The position numbers were made by a program, and so were the translations under genes. DNA of 58,844 bases from Candidatus Tectimicrobiota bacterium (GTDB lineage: Bacteria > JACPUC01): contig JACPUC010000014.1 of the NCBI GenBank assembly GCA_016192455.1, positions 62,001 through 120,844 of the forward strand, given 5' to 3'. Every line of letters starts with the position of its first letter. Positions within the stretch are counted from its first letter, which is position 1. This document shows, one piece after another, positions 1 through 13,030 of the stretch. The notes beneath the pieces were generated by a model. That model was not told the DNA's origin. It was given only the letters and a program-made list of their open reading frames with translations, and made no database searches.

Positions 1-2884
<2,884 letters not shown>

Positions 2885-3004
2885 GCACGAGCCGGGCTGC
2901 CGGGCGCGTTCGCTCGCTGCGCCGGCCCGCCACGGCCCGGCATCTTCAAGCCGAAGCCATCCCTCGCGGCCGCAGGGGAGCGGCACCTGCCGGCGTCAGG
3001 CGGC

Positions 3005-3553
3005 TCACGGGCGAGGGGCGTGGCCGGTGCGAAGCTGCGTCAGGTAGCCACGACGAACCGCCGCGAAGAACTCGCGCACGTGGGGCTGGCGGTAGTCAGG
3101 GTAGGTCCAGCTCAGGGGATCGAAGGCTCCGGAGCGGTAGACGTAGGTGAGCTCGGCATAGATGCCCAGGCCGAGGTAAGGCCGGTGCGCGGCCCCCTTC
3201 GTGGTGGCCAGGACCACCTTGTCGACGGCGAGGTAGCCGGGATCGAGGTTGATCCGGCGCCCGCCGCTGGCGGCGAGGAGGCGCAGCGCCTCGAGGTCAT
3301 TCGTGGTTCGCTTGATGCGCGGCAGCTCCGCCGCATCGATGAGGCAGGCGAAACTGCAGAAGAGGCGGACCAGCGGCCCCCCCATCTCAGCCTCATAGTA
3401 GCGGCTGTGACTGAACGGTTCGGGCGCGCTGCAGCGTTCGAGCGCCCCGAAACGCTCCGCCAGAAGACGGCAGCCCGCCTCGAGGGCCGGCACTTCGCGA
3501 GCCAGCAGCCCCGCGATGAGCTTCACCGGCGCCGGGCAGCGAGCACGCCCCAC
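3005..3553 (-). CDS. DUF4416-family protein
   Basis: PVKLIAG...YYEAEMG...RRINLDPGY...HRPYLGLGIYAELT...WTYPDYR pattern typical of this family; GTG start inferred. Confidence 0.8.
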   Translation of the reverse strand: MGRARCPAPVKLIAGLLAREVPALEAGCRLLAERFGALERCSAPEPFSHSRYYEAEMGGPLVRLFCSFACLIDAAELPRIKRTTNDLEALRLLAASGGRRINLDPGYLAVDKVVLATTKGAAHRPYLGLGIYAELTYVYRSGAFDPLSWTYPDYRQPHVREFFAAVRRGYLTQLRTGHAPRP

Positions 3554-3819
3554 ACCTTGCGCCCCCTCTTCCCCGTGCCGCGGCGCCGGCGCCGCAACCC
3601 TGCGGCTTGAGCCACCCCGGCTGATCCCCAATGTCTCGGTTGGCGCACGACAGCCGCGCTCCCCGGCCGGAGCCTGCCGCATCCCCCCTTGGCGGTCGCG
3701 TCTCCGTGGAACCGCCGGCTGGCCCAGGAAGCTCCCCTGCCCGCCACCCCGGGCGGCGCAGGCAGGTCGGCACCCACTCCGTCCCGAGGCTGCCGCTCGC
3801 CCTTCGGGCCAGCGGCGTG

Positions 3820-4098
3820 CTAGCGCGCGATGCGGAACTCCTCGAAGGTCCCGGTGAAGCTCTCCTCGCGTTGGTCCACATGGCTCACCTGGGCGGACGG
3901 CGGCCCAACGCGGCACCAGCGAATGAGCTCCTCCACTTGCTCCGCAAGCCCTTCCACACAGAGTTCCACCGTGCCGCTGGGTGTGTTCCGCACCCAACCC
4001 TTCACGCCGAGCTTGCGCGCCTCCGCGAGGGCGGACTGGCGGAAAAACACCCCCTGCACTCTGCCATAAACCTCGAGCTTGACGTGACGGCCAGCCAT
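3820..4098 (-). CDS. acyP: Acylphosphatase
   Basis: GRVQGVFFR and GWVRN motifs; ATG preceded by GAGGGAG. Confidence 0.95.
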   Translation of the reverse strand: MAGRHVKLEVYGRVQGVFFRQSALAEARKLGVKGWVRNTPSGTVELCVEGLAEQVEELIRWCRVGPPSAQVSHVDQREESFTGTFEEFRIAR

Positions 4099-4465
4099 CG
4101 CGTCTCCCTCTTCCTGCGTCGATCGTTCTCCGCCTTTGCGCCGCGAGACGCGCCAGGCAAGGAGCATGATCTCATGACGGCCTCGCCCTCCGCCAGGAAG
4201 TCGGCGGAGCAACGTCACACCTTCCTTCGGTTGCGGGGGTCACGCCATGGCAGAGACGCGGCCGGTGCCCATCCCGAGGCAGCGCGCGCCCTCGCGGGGC
4301 CAACCGCGTTTTGGGACTCCTTGCGACCCCGGGGCGCGCCCCGATCCGGCAGCGCGGAGAAGTGCTTGGTGTGCTGGACGGACATGGCGGGAGCTCGGCA
4401 CGGGCCAGCCGCCCTCCCCGGCCGCGGCCCACGCCTCACGCCGCAGGCGGCCTCCGCGCCGGGGG

Positions 4466-5227
4466 CTAAGCTTTCCCCGACGCCTCCTCCTGCTCATCCG
4501 CAGAGGCAGCCTCTTCGCTTGCCTTCTTGCGCCGTTCGACGAAGCGGGAGGCGAAGATGCTCAGTTCGTAGAGTCCCAGCATGGGAACGCCGAGCAGAAT
4601 CTGCGAGGCGACGTCCGGTCCTGGCGTCGCGATTGCCGCAACGATAAAGGTCATGAGAATAGCGTACTTGCGGTTGCGGGCCAGGAAGGCCGGGGTCACC
4701 ACACCCAGCAGCGTCAGGAAGACCATCACGAGGGGCACTTCAAAGACGGCCCCAAAGGCGAGCATGAAGCGGGTGGCGAAGCTGACGTAGTTGCCCACCG
4801 AGATCATCGGGCGCAGGTCCGGGGTGGCGTAGCTCAGCAGGTACTGAATGCCGAAGGGGAGGACGATGACGTAGCAGAAGGCGGCGCCCAAGAGAAAGAG
4901 AAAGGTGGCGGAGACCACGAACGGCAGGGTGAGCTGCTTCTCTCGTTCCAGGAGCCCCGGGGCAACAAACCGCCAGCACTCCAGGAGGATGACGGGGATG
5001 GCGAGGATGATGCCGGCGAAGAAACCCAACTTCACATTGACAAAGAAAGCCTCCGCCGGCGCCAGGAAGACGAGCTCGGTGGCCAGGGGCCGCTTGATGA
5101 AGCGCAGCAGGTACTCGGAGAACCAGAAGGAGATGAGAAAGCCGATCACCACCGCCACGACCATGCGCATGAGGCGTGTGCGCAGCTCGACAAGATGCTC
5201 CATGAAGGGCATCTTCAAGTCAGCCAT
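4466..5227 (-). CDS. tatC: Twin-arginine translocase subunit TatC
   Basis: MPFMEHLVELRTRL, FVAPGL and ATPGPD motifs; about six hydrophobic segments. Confidence 0.97.
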   Translation of the reverse strand: MADLKMPFMEHLVELRTRLMRMVVAVVIGFLISFWFSEYLLRFIKRPLATELVFLAPAEAFFVNVKLGFFAGIILAIPVILLECWRFVAPGLLEREKQLTLPFVVSATFLFLLGAAFCYVIVLPFGIQYLLSYATPDLRPMISVGNYVSFATRFMLAFGAVFEVPLVMVFLTLLGVVTPAFLARNRKYAILMTFIVAAIATPGPDVASQILLGVPMLGLYELSIFASRFVERRKKASEEAASADEQEEASGKA

Positions 5228-5682
5228 TAGTGGGACCTCGGCGCGGCATCATCCTTGCTCGGGGAGGAGGAAGCGGAGGGTTGCTCAGGGGCACTGCCTG
5301 ATTGCGGCGCCGGCGCGACGTGGCCCCCGGTCGCCTCCTTGGCTGCCGCGGTCGCCGCTGCCTCGGCGGCGAGGGTTACGTCCGGCCGCGGCGCGGGCGA
5401 CGCCTCGGGTGCTGGTTCGCTGGCAGCCTGGCTCGCAGCACCAGATTCCGACTCGGCCGTCTCGTCCTTCTTCGTCTCCTCTTGCTGCGTCTCCTCTGTA
5501 AGAGCCTGCTCTGTGGAGTTGATCTCGCCGCGGATGCTCTGCTGGAAATCATCGGTAGCGCGGCGAAACTCCGCCAAGCCGCGACCCAGGTGGCGCGCCA
5601 GCTCCGGCAGCTTCTTCGGGCCCACCACAAGGAGGGCAATGATGAAGATGACGATCATCTCCGGCAAGCCGATGCCAAACAT
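5227..5682 (-). CDS. tatB: Twin-arginine translocase TatB (TatA/B family)
   Basis: [30 protein letters not shown]; long acidic/Ala-Pro tail; stop overlaps the tatC start. Confidence 0.88.
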   Translation of the reverse strand: MFGIGLPEMIVIFIIALLVVGPKKLPELARHLGRGLAEFRRATDDFQQSIRGEINSTEQALTEETQQEETKKDETAESESGAASQAASEPAPEASPAPRPDVTLAAEAAATAAAKEATGGHVAPAPQSGSAPEQPSASSSPSKDDAAPRSH

Positions 5683-5799
5683 GCTGCGCCTCGATCAAAA
5701 CAGAGAGGACCGGCGGCGGAACGGGCGGCTACCTTGCGACCGCGGGTTTGCCGCCAGCCCGGCGTGCAACACCTGTTCCGAACCGTGATGTAAGCTGCC

Positions 5800-5829
5800 A
5801 TTATAGGCATGCGCTCTTGTCGCTCGCAA
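5800..5829 (-). promoter_or_regulatory. Candidate sigma70 promoter for tatBC
   Basis: TTGCGA-N18-TATAAT on the minus strand, about 120 nt upstream of tatB. Confidence 0.5.
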
Positions 5830-6100
5830 TAATATTCTCCCTGCGCCTGGCGCGCGCCACTCGTGATGAGGCGGAAGGGTGCCGATGAGAGGACTGAGCA
5901 GCGACGCCCGGGGGCAGGGCAAGGAGGATGCTGCCCCAAGAATCCGCTTGACACACGGCCAAATCATTGCAAATAATTACCCATAAGGCAGGGAGCGAAC
6001 GCCCCCAGTCCCCTTCCGGGGACAGGGATGCAAGAGGCTGATTTGCAAGGCCGCAGTGAAGAGCGGTCACCTCCTCCTTGCTTGAGAAAGGGGATGTCCT

Positions 6101-7360
6101 GTGATAGCCGCAGCCGCTCGGAGACGCCTGCTGCGTGCCCACCGTGCGCTGGTGGGAGCCGCCTGGGTCGGGCTCCTCTTGGGCTGGGCGCAGCTCGCAC
6201 CGGCTCAGATCATCACGACCGTCTTCCCGGCCTCGGCCGAAGTGGGGACGGCGATCACGCTCTTCATCGCCGGCGGTCAGACCTCCTGGGAGGACCCCGG
6301 TGGTGCGTTCGTCATCTTCAGTGGTGACGGCATCACCGTGCGGGAGACGGTGCCCTTGAGCGACAACAGCCTGCAGACCTCGATCGTCATCGCCGGCACG
6401 GCCACTCCGGGCGAGCGCTCGGTGTCAGTCGCCGCCTCCGGGCTGCGCACCGACCCGCGCCAAGATTTCCCCCTGGAGATCGCCACCGGCGGCGCCTTTA
6501 CCGTGGTGGCGGCGCCGGCGCCGAGCGAGCGGCGGGCCACGGGGGCGCGCTTGCTGGCGGTCTTGCCGGCGCGGATCGAGCGCGGCACGACCTTCATCAC
6601 CGAGAGCCGGGATAACGTCACCCTGTCGAGCGAGTTCCAGCAGATGGTGATCACCGGCGCCAATACAAACTTCGAGCTGACCAACTCGATCGTCACCTTC
6701 AGCGGCACGGGAATCTCCTATGATTTCCGCACCGACACCTTGGCGGTCACGCCCACCTCGATCATCATCCGCTACGCCATCGAAGCCGGCGCTCCCCTGG
6801 GCAACCGCGACGTGACCGTGGTGACGGGACGCGCCGATGCCGCGGAAACGCTCACCCTGCAAAATGCCTTCACCGTCGTCGAAAACGACAACTTTGATCT
6901 GAGCCGTTTGGGGCCCCTCGGGTTCCCGCTGCAGAACTTCGCCATCACGGAGTCCTTACGGGCCGTGGGGCTGAAGTCGGAGCCCCTCACCAATCGCCAG
7001 AGCGTCCGAACGGGGGAGGAGATCACGCTCTCGACGCGCGTCTTCAACACCGGTCCGGCGACCACGGTTGATTTCTACGTCGCCGTGGAGCTGCCGGACG
7101 GACGCGTGATGTTCCTGGCGCCGGACGGGCAGGCTTTCGTGCCGCGGCTCTCCCCGATGGCCCAGGGGATCAACCTGCCTGGGAGCTTCCCTCCCACAAC
7201 CCTGGCGTTGTTCTCCACCGTCGTTGACCACCTCGATCCGGGAGTCTTTACCATCTATACCGCCTTCACGCAGCCGGGCACCCTCGAACCGCTTGGCGAG
7301 ATCGGCATGAAGCGTTTCCTCGTTCTGGGCGATCTCGATCTCTCCGGCGATGCCGGATAG
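6101..7360 (+). CDS. Secreted protein with two IPT/TIG-like beta-sandwich repeats and an uncharacterised C-terminal domain
   Basis: Signal peptide ending LAPA/Q; two ~100-aa repeats (I/L..V.P....G ... F.G.GI ... G.R.V.V ... AFTVV); C-terminal VDFYVAVELPDGRVMFL domain. Confidence 0.75.
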   Translation: MIAAAARRRLLRAHRALVGAAWVGLLLGWAQLAPAQIITTVFPASAEVGTAITLFIAGGQTSWEDPGGAFVIFSGDGITVRETVPLSDNSLQTSIVIAGTATPGERSVSVAASGLRTDPRQDFPLEIATGGAFTVVAAPAPSERRATGARLLAVLPARIERGTTFITESRDNVTLSSEFQQMVITGANTNFELTNSIVTFSGTGISYDFRTDTLAVTPTSIIIRYAIEAGAPLGNRDVTVVTGRADAAETLTLQNAFTVVENDNFDLSRLGPLGFPLQNFAITESLRAVGLKSEPLTNRQSVRTGEEITLSTRVFNTGPATTVDFYVAVELPDGRVMFLAPDGQAFVPRLSPMAQGINLPGSFPPTTLALFSTVVDHLDPGVFTIYTAFTQPGTLEPLGEIGMKRFLVLGDLDLSGDAG

Positions 7361-7697
7361 CGGCGAGGCAAGGAGAGTCCGCCTCTGCTGCCAGCCTGTG
7401 GGGAGGAGCCTGGCGTCCTACGTGGCGGCACGCGGGGCGCCGAGGGCGACGGCGTCACCAAGGTACGGGCCTCGACCCTAAGAACGAGGCGAGTGCTCCG
7501 CTCCTGGGGCTGACGGGACAGCGGCGAGGGGACGGCTCCAACGGTGGCGGGCGGCACGGGGCCCCCAGGACGCCGCTTCTCAGTGGCGCCCTCCGCTGGC
7601 TTCGGGATAGGCTGCCGCCGTTCCGGCGAGACCGGGGCGGGATGGCGGCTGGGGCATGCGTCGTACCCCAGTTCCGAAACGGTGGGACAGGTTCAGC

Positions 7698-9692
7698 ATG
7701 GTTATCTGGCAGACGTCGAGCTCGCAGCGTTTACGACAGACCTGGAGACGGGCGTGGTTCGCAACGCTTCCCACGCTCGCGGCACTCCTGGTTGGCGTTG
7801 GTCTCCTCGTGGCCACGGCGCCATGGCAGCCCGCCGCCGCCCAGGGGAGCACGAATCAGCCCGCCCTCACACGCGTCGTCACGAGTGGCCCGCCCGTCCA
7901 GGGAAGCCAGGGTCTCACCCTCGTCGTCATTGGCTCATTCACGAACTTTGACACGGAGGCGCCCTCGGGCACCATCCCGTTCTTTGGCTGCGAAGGTGTC
8001 TTCCCTGCCATCGATGACACGCTCCAGATTCTTGGCCGCTCAAGTCTCCGCGTGGAGATCAACATCGCCGCCAATGCCGAAGTTGGTCCGTGCGATGTCT
8101 TCGTCTTCACCGGCACCTCCGAAGGGACGGAGATCGCCGTCGGGCGCGGCTTGTTCAACATCCTGCCGCTCACCCCTGTCGGCGGCTCGACGCTGCCGCT
8201 GGCCAACATCGTCTCCGTGACGCCCTCCCGCATCACGCAGGGGAAGAGCGACATTCTCGTCACCATCGAGTTGACGAACATCCCTGGCCTGGAGCGGTTT
8301 GCCATCACCGATCTCTCCTTGGGGCAGGGGGTCAGCGTGGAGGGGATCGATACCCCCGTGGCGCCGGACAACCCCGAAAGCTTTGCGCCGACGGCGACAA
8401 GCTCGAACAGCGTCACGGCCCGCATCGACGTTAGCGCCACCGCCGTGGCCGGCCCGCGTGACGTGAGTGTCACCCTCGACCCCGACCCAAGCCTCGACAA
8501 CGACGAAATTCAGGTACGCGGCTCGAACCTCTTCCTCGTCAGCACGCCGTCCCCGCCATCGAACAAGGACATCAACGAGATCGCTCCGAACCGAGCCTTC
8601 CCCGGCAACACCCTGAACGTGAATATCCTTGGGGTTGCAACACAGTTCGTGGAAGGGTTGACGGCGGTAATCTTCCAGGGCGGCGGCATTACGGTGAACA
8701 GCTTCCAGGTGGTCAACCGTAGCGTGGTGGGCGCGAATATCACCGTTGACATAAACGCCGAGGCTGGTGCCCGCACCGTCCTCGTGGTGACGAACGGCAA
8801 CGAGATCATCCCCCTCGGCGGCGGCCAAAACCGGGTCAATGAGATCAACGAGACCGCCTCGCTCACCAACGGCTTCACGGTGCTGAGTCTCACCCCGCCG
8901 GCACCTGCCGCGCCCGGCGAAGAGCCGACTGTCCCCCTGCCCGAGCCTGAGCCGCCCTCCATCACGATCAAAGCGGCGCGAGGGCCTGCCTTCAACCCCA
9001 CCGACACCATGGAGGTGCAGATCAGCATTCGCAACGCCGGCCCGCGCACCAGCGTTGATGCCTTCTTGGCGCTGCGCACGCCGGCGGGCCGCGTCTACCT
9101 GTTGAACTCGGATCTCCGCTCCTTCTCGCTGCTGGACGTCGCCAACTCGGCCTCGTTCATTCCGGTTGCGTCCGGGTTGGATCTCACCCCCGGCTTCGAG
9201 ATCAGCCAAGCCCCACTGGTGACGAATCGTATTTCCGATCTCCTGGGCGATATCGTCTCCTCCGCGCAGGAGATCTTCGGCGTCTACACCTTGGTCGCCG
9301 CACTCGCGCGCCCGAACAGCAACCCTATCCAGTTCCTCGGCAACCCCTCAACCGACTCGTTCATCGTCCTCCGTCCGGCTGATGTACCCAGGGTGAATGT
9401 CTTTGTCGACATCACGCCGAAAGAGATTCCCGCCGGCGGCACCGCCACCATCACCGTCCTCGTCACCGATCAACTGACGGGCCAGCCGGTTGCGGGGGAG
9501 ACGGTGGAGTTCTTCGCGGAAGGCACCGAACCACTCGACGAGTTCCCCGTGACAGCGCGGGATGGCTTGGCGCGGTTCTCCTTCACCGATCGCAGCTCCG
9601 GAGCAGACCCCGGGTTGCGGCAGATCACGGTGCGCGTGCGCGACGTGGTGGTGCGCGATCGTCTCACCGTCGGCTTCCTCACGCTTCCCTGA
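7698..9692 (+). CDS. Secreted protein with three IPT/TIG-like repeats, Pro-rich linker, shared uncharacterised domain and terminal Big-1-like Ig domain
   Basis: Signal peptide ending PAAA/Q; repeats ending GPCDVFV, GPRDVSV and GARTVLV; VDAFLALRTPAGRVYLL domain; ATITVLVTD..GQPVAGETVEF resembles Big-1. Start may be 7656 or 7698. Confidence 0.75.
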   Translation: MVIWQTSSSQRLRQTWRRAWFATLPTLAALLVGVGLLVATAPWQPAAAQGSTNQPALTRVVTSGPPVQGSQGLTLVVIGSFTNFDTEAPSGTIPFFGCEGVFPAIDDTLQILGRSSLRVEINIAANAEVGPCDVFVFTGTSEGTEIAVGRGLFNILPLTPVGGSTLPLANIVSVTPSRITQGKSDILVTIELTNIPGLERFAITDLSLGQGVSVEGIDTPVAPDNPESFAPTATSSNSVTARIDVSATAVAGPRDVSVTLDPDPSLDNDEIQVRGSNLFLVSTPSPPSNKDINEIAPNRAFPGNTLNVNILGVATQFVEGLTAVIFQGGGITVNSFQVVNRSVVGANITVDINAEAGARTVLVVTNGNEIIPLGGGQNRVNEINETASLTNGFTVLSLTPPAPAAPGEEPTVPLPEPEPPSITIKAARGPAFNPTDTMEVQISIRNAGPRTSVDAFLALRTPAGRVYLLNSDLRSFSLLDVANSASFIPVASGLDLTPGFEISQAPLVTNRISDLLGDIVSSAQEIFGVYTLVAALARPNSNPIQFLGNPSTDSFIVLRPADVPRVNVFVDITPKEIPAGGTATITVLVTDQLTGQPVAGETVEFFAEGTEPLDEFPVTARDGLARFSFTDRSSGADPGLRQITVRVRDVVVRDRLTVGFLTLP

Positions 9693-9959
9693 CCCCGGCT
9701 CGACAGCAGACAGGCGGGGACGCCTTCCTTCCCCCTCTTTCCGCCGCGCCGCCCCCAGCGGCGGGAGCCCCCCCGCGCCGCTCTCCGGCACGCTGAGGAC
9801 CGGCGTTGCGGCTGGCTGGCGCCGCGTTGCCGCAACCCGAATTGCCATCGTGAGTGATTGAATCGGCAGGGTTCTTGCTCGGCACGGCAGGGCGTGCTCG
9901 CCTGAGTCGACGAGAAGAAACTCAGAGAGACGATGGGGAGCGCAGAACTCCACCCAGGC

Positions 9960-12167
9960 TCAGTGCAGCCATTCCAAGGCAGGAGGACGCTCGACGATCT
10001 TCCCTTTGCGGACGTGCAGCAGGGTCGGACTCTTGTGGAAGACGCCATCGGAACCGATGCTGAAGCGTCCGGTAACCCCCTGGTGCTCCACAACCGTGGC
10101 CAGTGCCTTGTGCAAGGCGGCGCGATCATCGATGCCTTTCACAAGGAGGTCCAACAGCACGCGGGCGATGTCATAGGTTCGCGCCGCCAGCAACGTCGGT
10201 TCACTGCGGAACATGGAGCGATATTCGCGCACGAACTGCTGCACTTCGGGCCGCTCGGAGCCGGGGAAGAACTCAGAGCTGAAGATGCTCCCTTCGAGGT
10301 ACTCCTTGCCGCCGCGCAGGAGGCCCGGCTCATTCCATCCCTGCGTTCCCAGGAGCTGCACGCGGCGGATGTTGAAAAAGGCGAGCTGGGGGGCGATGAG
10401 GCTCACTTGGGGCGCCCGACCGGCAATGAAGAGAAGCTGGTAGGGGAGCCGGAACTGCTCCTCGCGCTCGCTGGGCGAGCCGCCGAGGGCCTGCAGCTCG
10501 TCATCCTCTCGACCACCCAGGTTGCGGATGGCGCGCGAGAAGTCGTTCGCCTGCGGATCGTAGGGCTCCGTGTCGATGACCACCCCGCCATAGGAATTGA
10601 AGGCCGTGGCGAAGAGGTCGCGCAGGCGCCGCCCTTCCTGCGTGGCGGGGTGGAGCACGGCTGCCGTTTTGGCGAAATTCTGAACGGCGAGGCGGGCGAG
10701 GGCGTTAACCTCATCTTCGACCGTCAGCACAGCGCGGTAGAAAACCGGCGTGGCGAGCGGCAGTTCCGCGGCGCTCGACCCTGGAGTGATCAGGGGCAGC
10801 CCGGCGCGCTCGGCCACGGGGACCGCCGCGGCCGCCGTTTGCGGCAGCAACGGCCCGATGCCGGCGAGGACCCGCGCATTGCTTGCGAGCTCGCCGACGA
10901 GCACGGCGGTGCGCTGCGCGTCCCCCTCGCTATCTTGCACCACCAGCAGCACGCGATCGGCCCCCGGGGTTAAGGCGAAGGCGAGCTGCACGCCTCGCAG
11001 CCCGCTCGCTCCTACCTCGGCGAGGGCGCCGCTGAGGGGAAGGAGCACCGCCAGCCGCGCCAACTGCTGGGCCCTCCACTCCTGCAGCCTGTGCCGCAAG
11101 GCGCGAGCCCGCTCAGCTTCGGGGGACTCCGGAAAGCGCGCCTGCCATTCCGCCAGGGTGACTTCCGCGTCGCCGCCCTTCCCTCCGGCGAAGAGGAGCT
11201 CGGCCGCCCGCAGCAGCGCCAGGGAAGCTGGGAAGGGTGGTGCGCCGCCGGCTTCTGGGGGCGTGGCCTGTCGTGCCAGCGCGCGCAGGGTTGAGACGCT
11301 CAGGCGCTCTTCAATGAGACGTTGCAGGGCGGCGCGCGCCGCCTCCCGCCCTGGATGCGCCGCGGCGGCGAGGAGAAACTCGTGGTAGGCAAGGGCAGCG
11401 TCGTCGAGGCGTTGCAAGCGCTCCAGCACCTCGGCCCGCAGCAGCGCGGCGTCGCCGTACTCGGGAGCCTGGGGCGACGCGGCGGCGAGAGAGGCGGCAA
11501 GCGCCTGGAGGGCGTTCTCGCCCTGGCCGAGGCGGAGGTACGCCTGGGCCTCCTTGAAGTGGGAGAGCGTCACAAGTCGTTGCAACGCCACCGCCTGCCC
11601 AGCGCCCTGCGCCACCTGTCCCGGCGGGGCCGCGGCGACGCCGCGCGCCAGCTCCCGGACCAGGCGCAGGTGCCCGAGGCTGCGCTGCGCGCGCCCGGCG
11701 GCAAGCAGGCTCTCGGCGATGTCCATCAGTGCGCTTACGGCGCGCGGATCATTCGGGGCGCTGGCGATGAATTCCAGGCGGGAGGCTGCGCCGCGGTCGC
11801 CGGCCAGGCTGGAGGCCAGCCGCCAGAGGTCGTCCGGCCTTGGCATCGGGCGGGATTCCGCCCCAGCGGCGCCAGCGGGCGCTGGGGAAGCTGCGGCGGC
11901 TTGACCGGCGGCTGCCTGGGTCGGAGCCGAGCTCGGCGCTGGCCGCGGCGTCTCACGGGGTTCGCCGCGCCCGGCTGGAGCTCGAGAACCAAAGATTGAG
12001 ATCGCGGCTCGGGGTGAGCAGCCGATCGCCACCAGCACCACGAGGCTCAGGGCAAACCCGATGACGAACGGGCGCCAGTGGGGCCAAGCTCGCTCGGCTC
12101 CGCGCCGGCTCGCAGACCTCCGGCACCGCCATGGCGTCCACGCACCCGAGGCGCCGCCGAATCGCAG
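9960..12167 (-). CDS. LpoA/LppC-like lipoprotein (TPR-like helical region plus type-I periplasmic-binding-fold domain; penicillin-binding protein activator family)
   Basis: Lipobox VAIG/C; helical repeats; LAVLLPLSG, GIGPLL, QLAFFNI and GVTGRFSI motifs. Start uncertain. Confidence 0.8.
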   Translation of the reverse strand: MRFGGASGAWTPWRCRRSASRRGAERAWPHWRPFVIGFALSLVVLVAIGCSPRAAISIFGSRAPAGRGEPRETPRPAPSSAPTQAAAGQAAAASPAPAGAAGAESRPMPRPDDLWRLASSLAGDRGAASRLEFIASAPNDPRAVSALMDIAESLLAAGRAQRSLGHLRLVRELARGVAAAPPGQVAQGAGQAVALQRLVTLSHFKEAQAYLRLGQGENALQALAASLAAASPQAPEYGDAALLRAEVLERLQRLDDAALAYHEFLLAAAAHPGREAARAALQRLIEERLSVSTLRALARQATPPEAGGAPPFPASLALLRAAELLFAGGKGGDAEVTLAEWQARFPESPEAERARALRHRLQEWRAQQLARLAVLLPLSGALAEVGASGLRGVQLAFALTPGADRVLLVVQDSEGDAQRTAVLVGELASNARVLAGIGPLLPQTAAAAVPVAERAGLPLITPGSSAAELPLATPVFYRAVLTVEDEVNALARLAVQNFAKTAAVLHPATQEGRRLRDLFATAFNSYGGVVIDTEPYDPQANDFSRAIRNLGGREDDELQALGGSPSEREEQFRLPYQLLFIAGRAPQVSLIAPQLAFFNIRRVQLLGTQGWNEPGLLRGGKEYLEGSIFSSEFFPGSERPEVQQFVREYRSMFRSEPTLLAARTYDIARVLLDLLVKGIDDRAALHKALATVVEHQGVTGRFSIGSDGVFHKSPTLLHVRKGKIVERPPALEWLH

Positions 12168-12192
12168 GCGCCCCTCCTCCGGGGGGGTGGTG

Positions 12193-12660
12193 TCACGGTC
12201 TTCGCAAGCTGCCCGAAGGGTGTAGTGAAAAGAACCACCAATCATTTGCAGCCAGGGGATCCTGCCCCACCCAGGTGCCATCACGGTAGGTGACCCTCGA
12301 TCTGGCTTGCAGAAGAGGAAACTCATCGAACTCGTGGAGTAGGCGGTCGAAGGTGAGGAGAAGCCCCACTATCGTACCATGTTCGGCAATGGCCTGCAAA
12401 CTGTAGGTGGAGCAGGTGGGGGTAAGGGTGCAGCGCGGTCCGTCAAGCGGCGACAGATAGCGCTGAAAGGCTCCCAGCGACCAGGTGAGGAGCTCGCCGG
12501 GCCAGGAGAGCGGCGAGCGAGGCGGGCGCCGCGGCGCGACGGCGCTGGGAACCGCAAAACCGTCCCACGGAGCCGCGAACAACTCCGCCCCCGCCGCCGA
12601 CACCATCAGAGTGACCAGCATCACAACCATCAACAGCTCGAGGAGGAGTCGTCGGGGCAT
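12193..12660 (-). CDS. YidD-like (membrane protein insertion efficiency factor) protein with N-terminal signal-like segment
   Basis: FQRYLSPLDGPRCTLTPTCSTYSLQAIAEHG...DRLL motif. Confidence 0.8.
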   Translation of the reverse strand: MPRRLLLELLMVVMLVTLMVSAAGAELFAAPWDGFAVPSAVAPRRPPRSPLSWPGELLTWSLGAFQRYLSPLDGPRCTLTPTCSTYSLQAIAEHGTIVGLLLTFDRLLHEFDEFPLLQARSRVTYRDGTWVGQDPLAANDWWFFSLHPSGSLRRP

Positions 12661-12799
12661 TGCTCTCCTGATCCGAGGCGGGACGATTGTTGCCAGGCAG
12701 CCTGCCTCGGAAGAATCAGCTCACGGGAGAGAGAGGCAGTCCTTGGTTTCGGCGCAGGGAGACCATCGAGGGGCGATGCTCACTCAACGCCGGCGGACA

Positions 12800-13030
12800 T
12801 CACTCGAGAATTTCCAGCACGTGGCGCTTATCCTTCTGCACCCGGCTGGCATTGAGGATGGTGCGGATGGCAGCGATGGTGCGGCCCTTCTTGCCGATGA
12901 CCTTACCAATATCGTTCTTCGCCACACGCAGCTCGATAACTGTGGAGCTTTCACCCTCAACGCTCTTTACTTCTACGGCTTCGGGATCATCGACAATCGA
13001 CTTGGCGATGTAACTGATCAAATTGATCAT
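12800..13030 (-). CDS. khpA: KH-domain RNA-binding protein KhpA
   Basis: IAKSIVDDPEAVEV and DIGKVIGKKGRTIAAIRTIL (GxxG loop); AGGAGAGG RBS. Confidence 0.93.
   Translation of the reverse strand: MINLISYIAKSIVDDPEAVEVKSVEGESSTVIELRVAKNDIGKVIGKKGRTIAAIRTILNASRVQKDKRHVLEILE

Noticed and set aside
5980-6100. Possible riboswitch in the leader of the Ig-repeat gene
   Set aside because: A GTCCCC/GGGGAC hairpin is present but I recognise no aptamer consensus; an Rfam scan would be needed.
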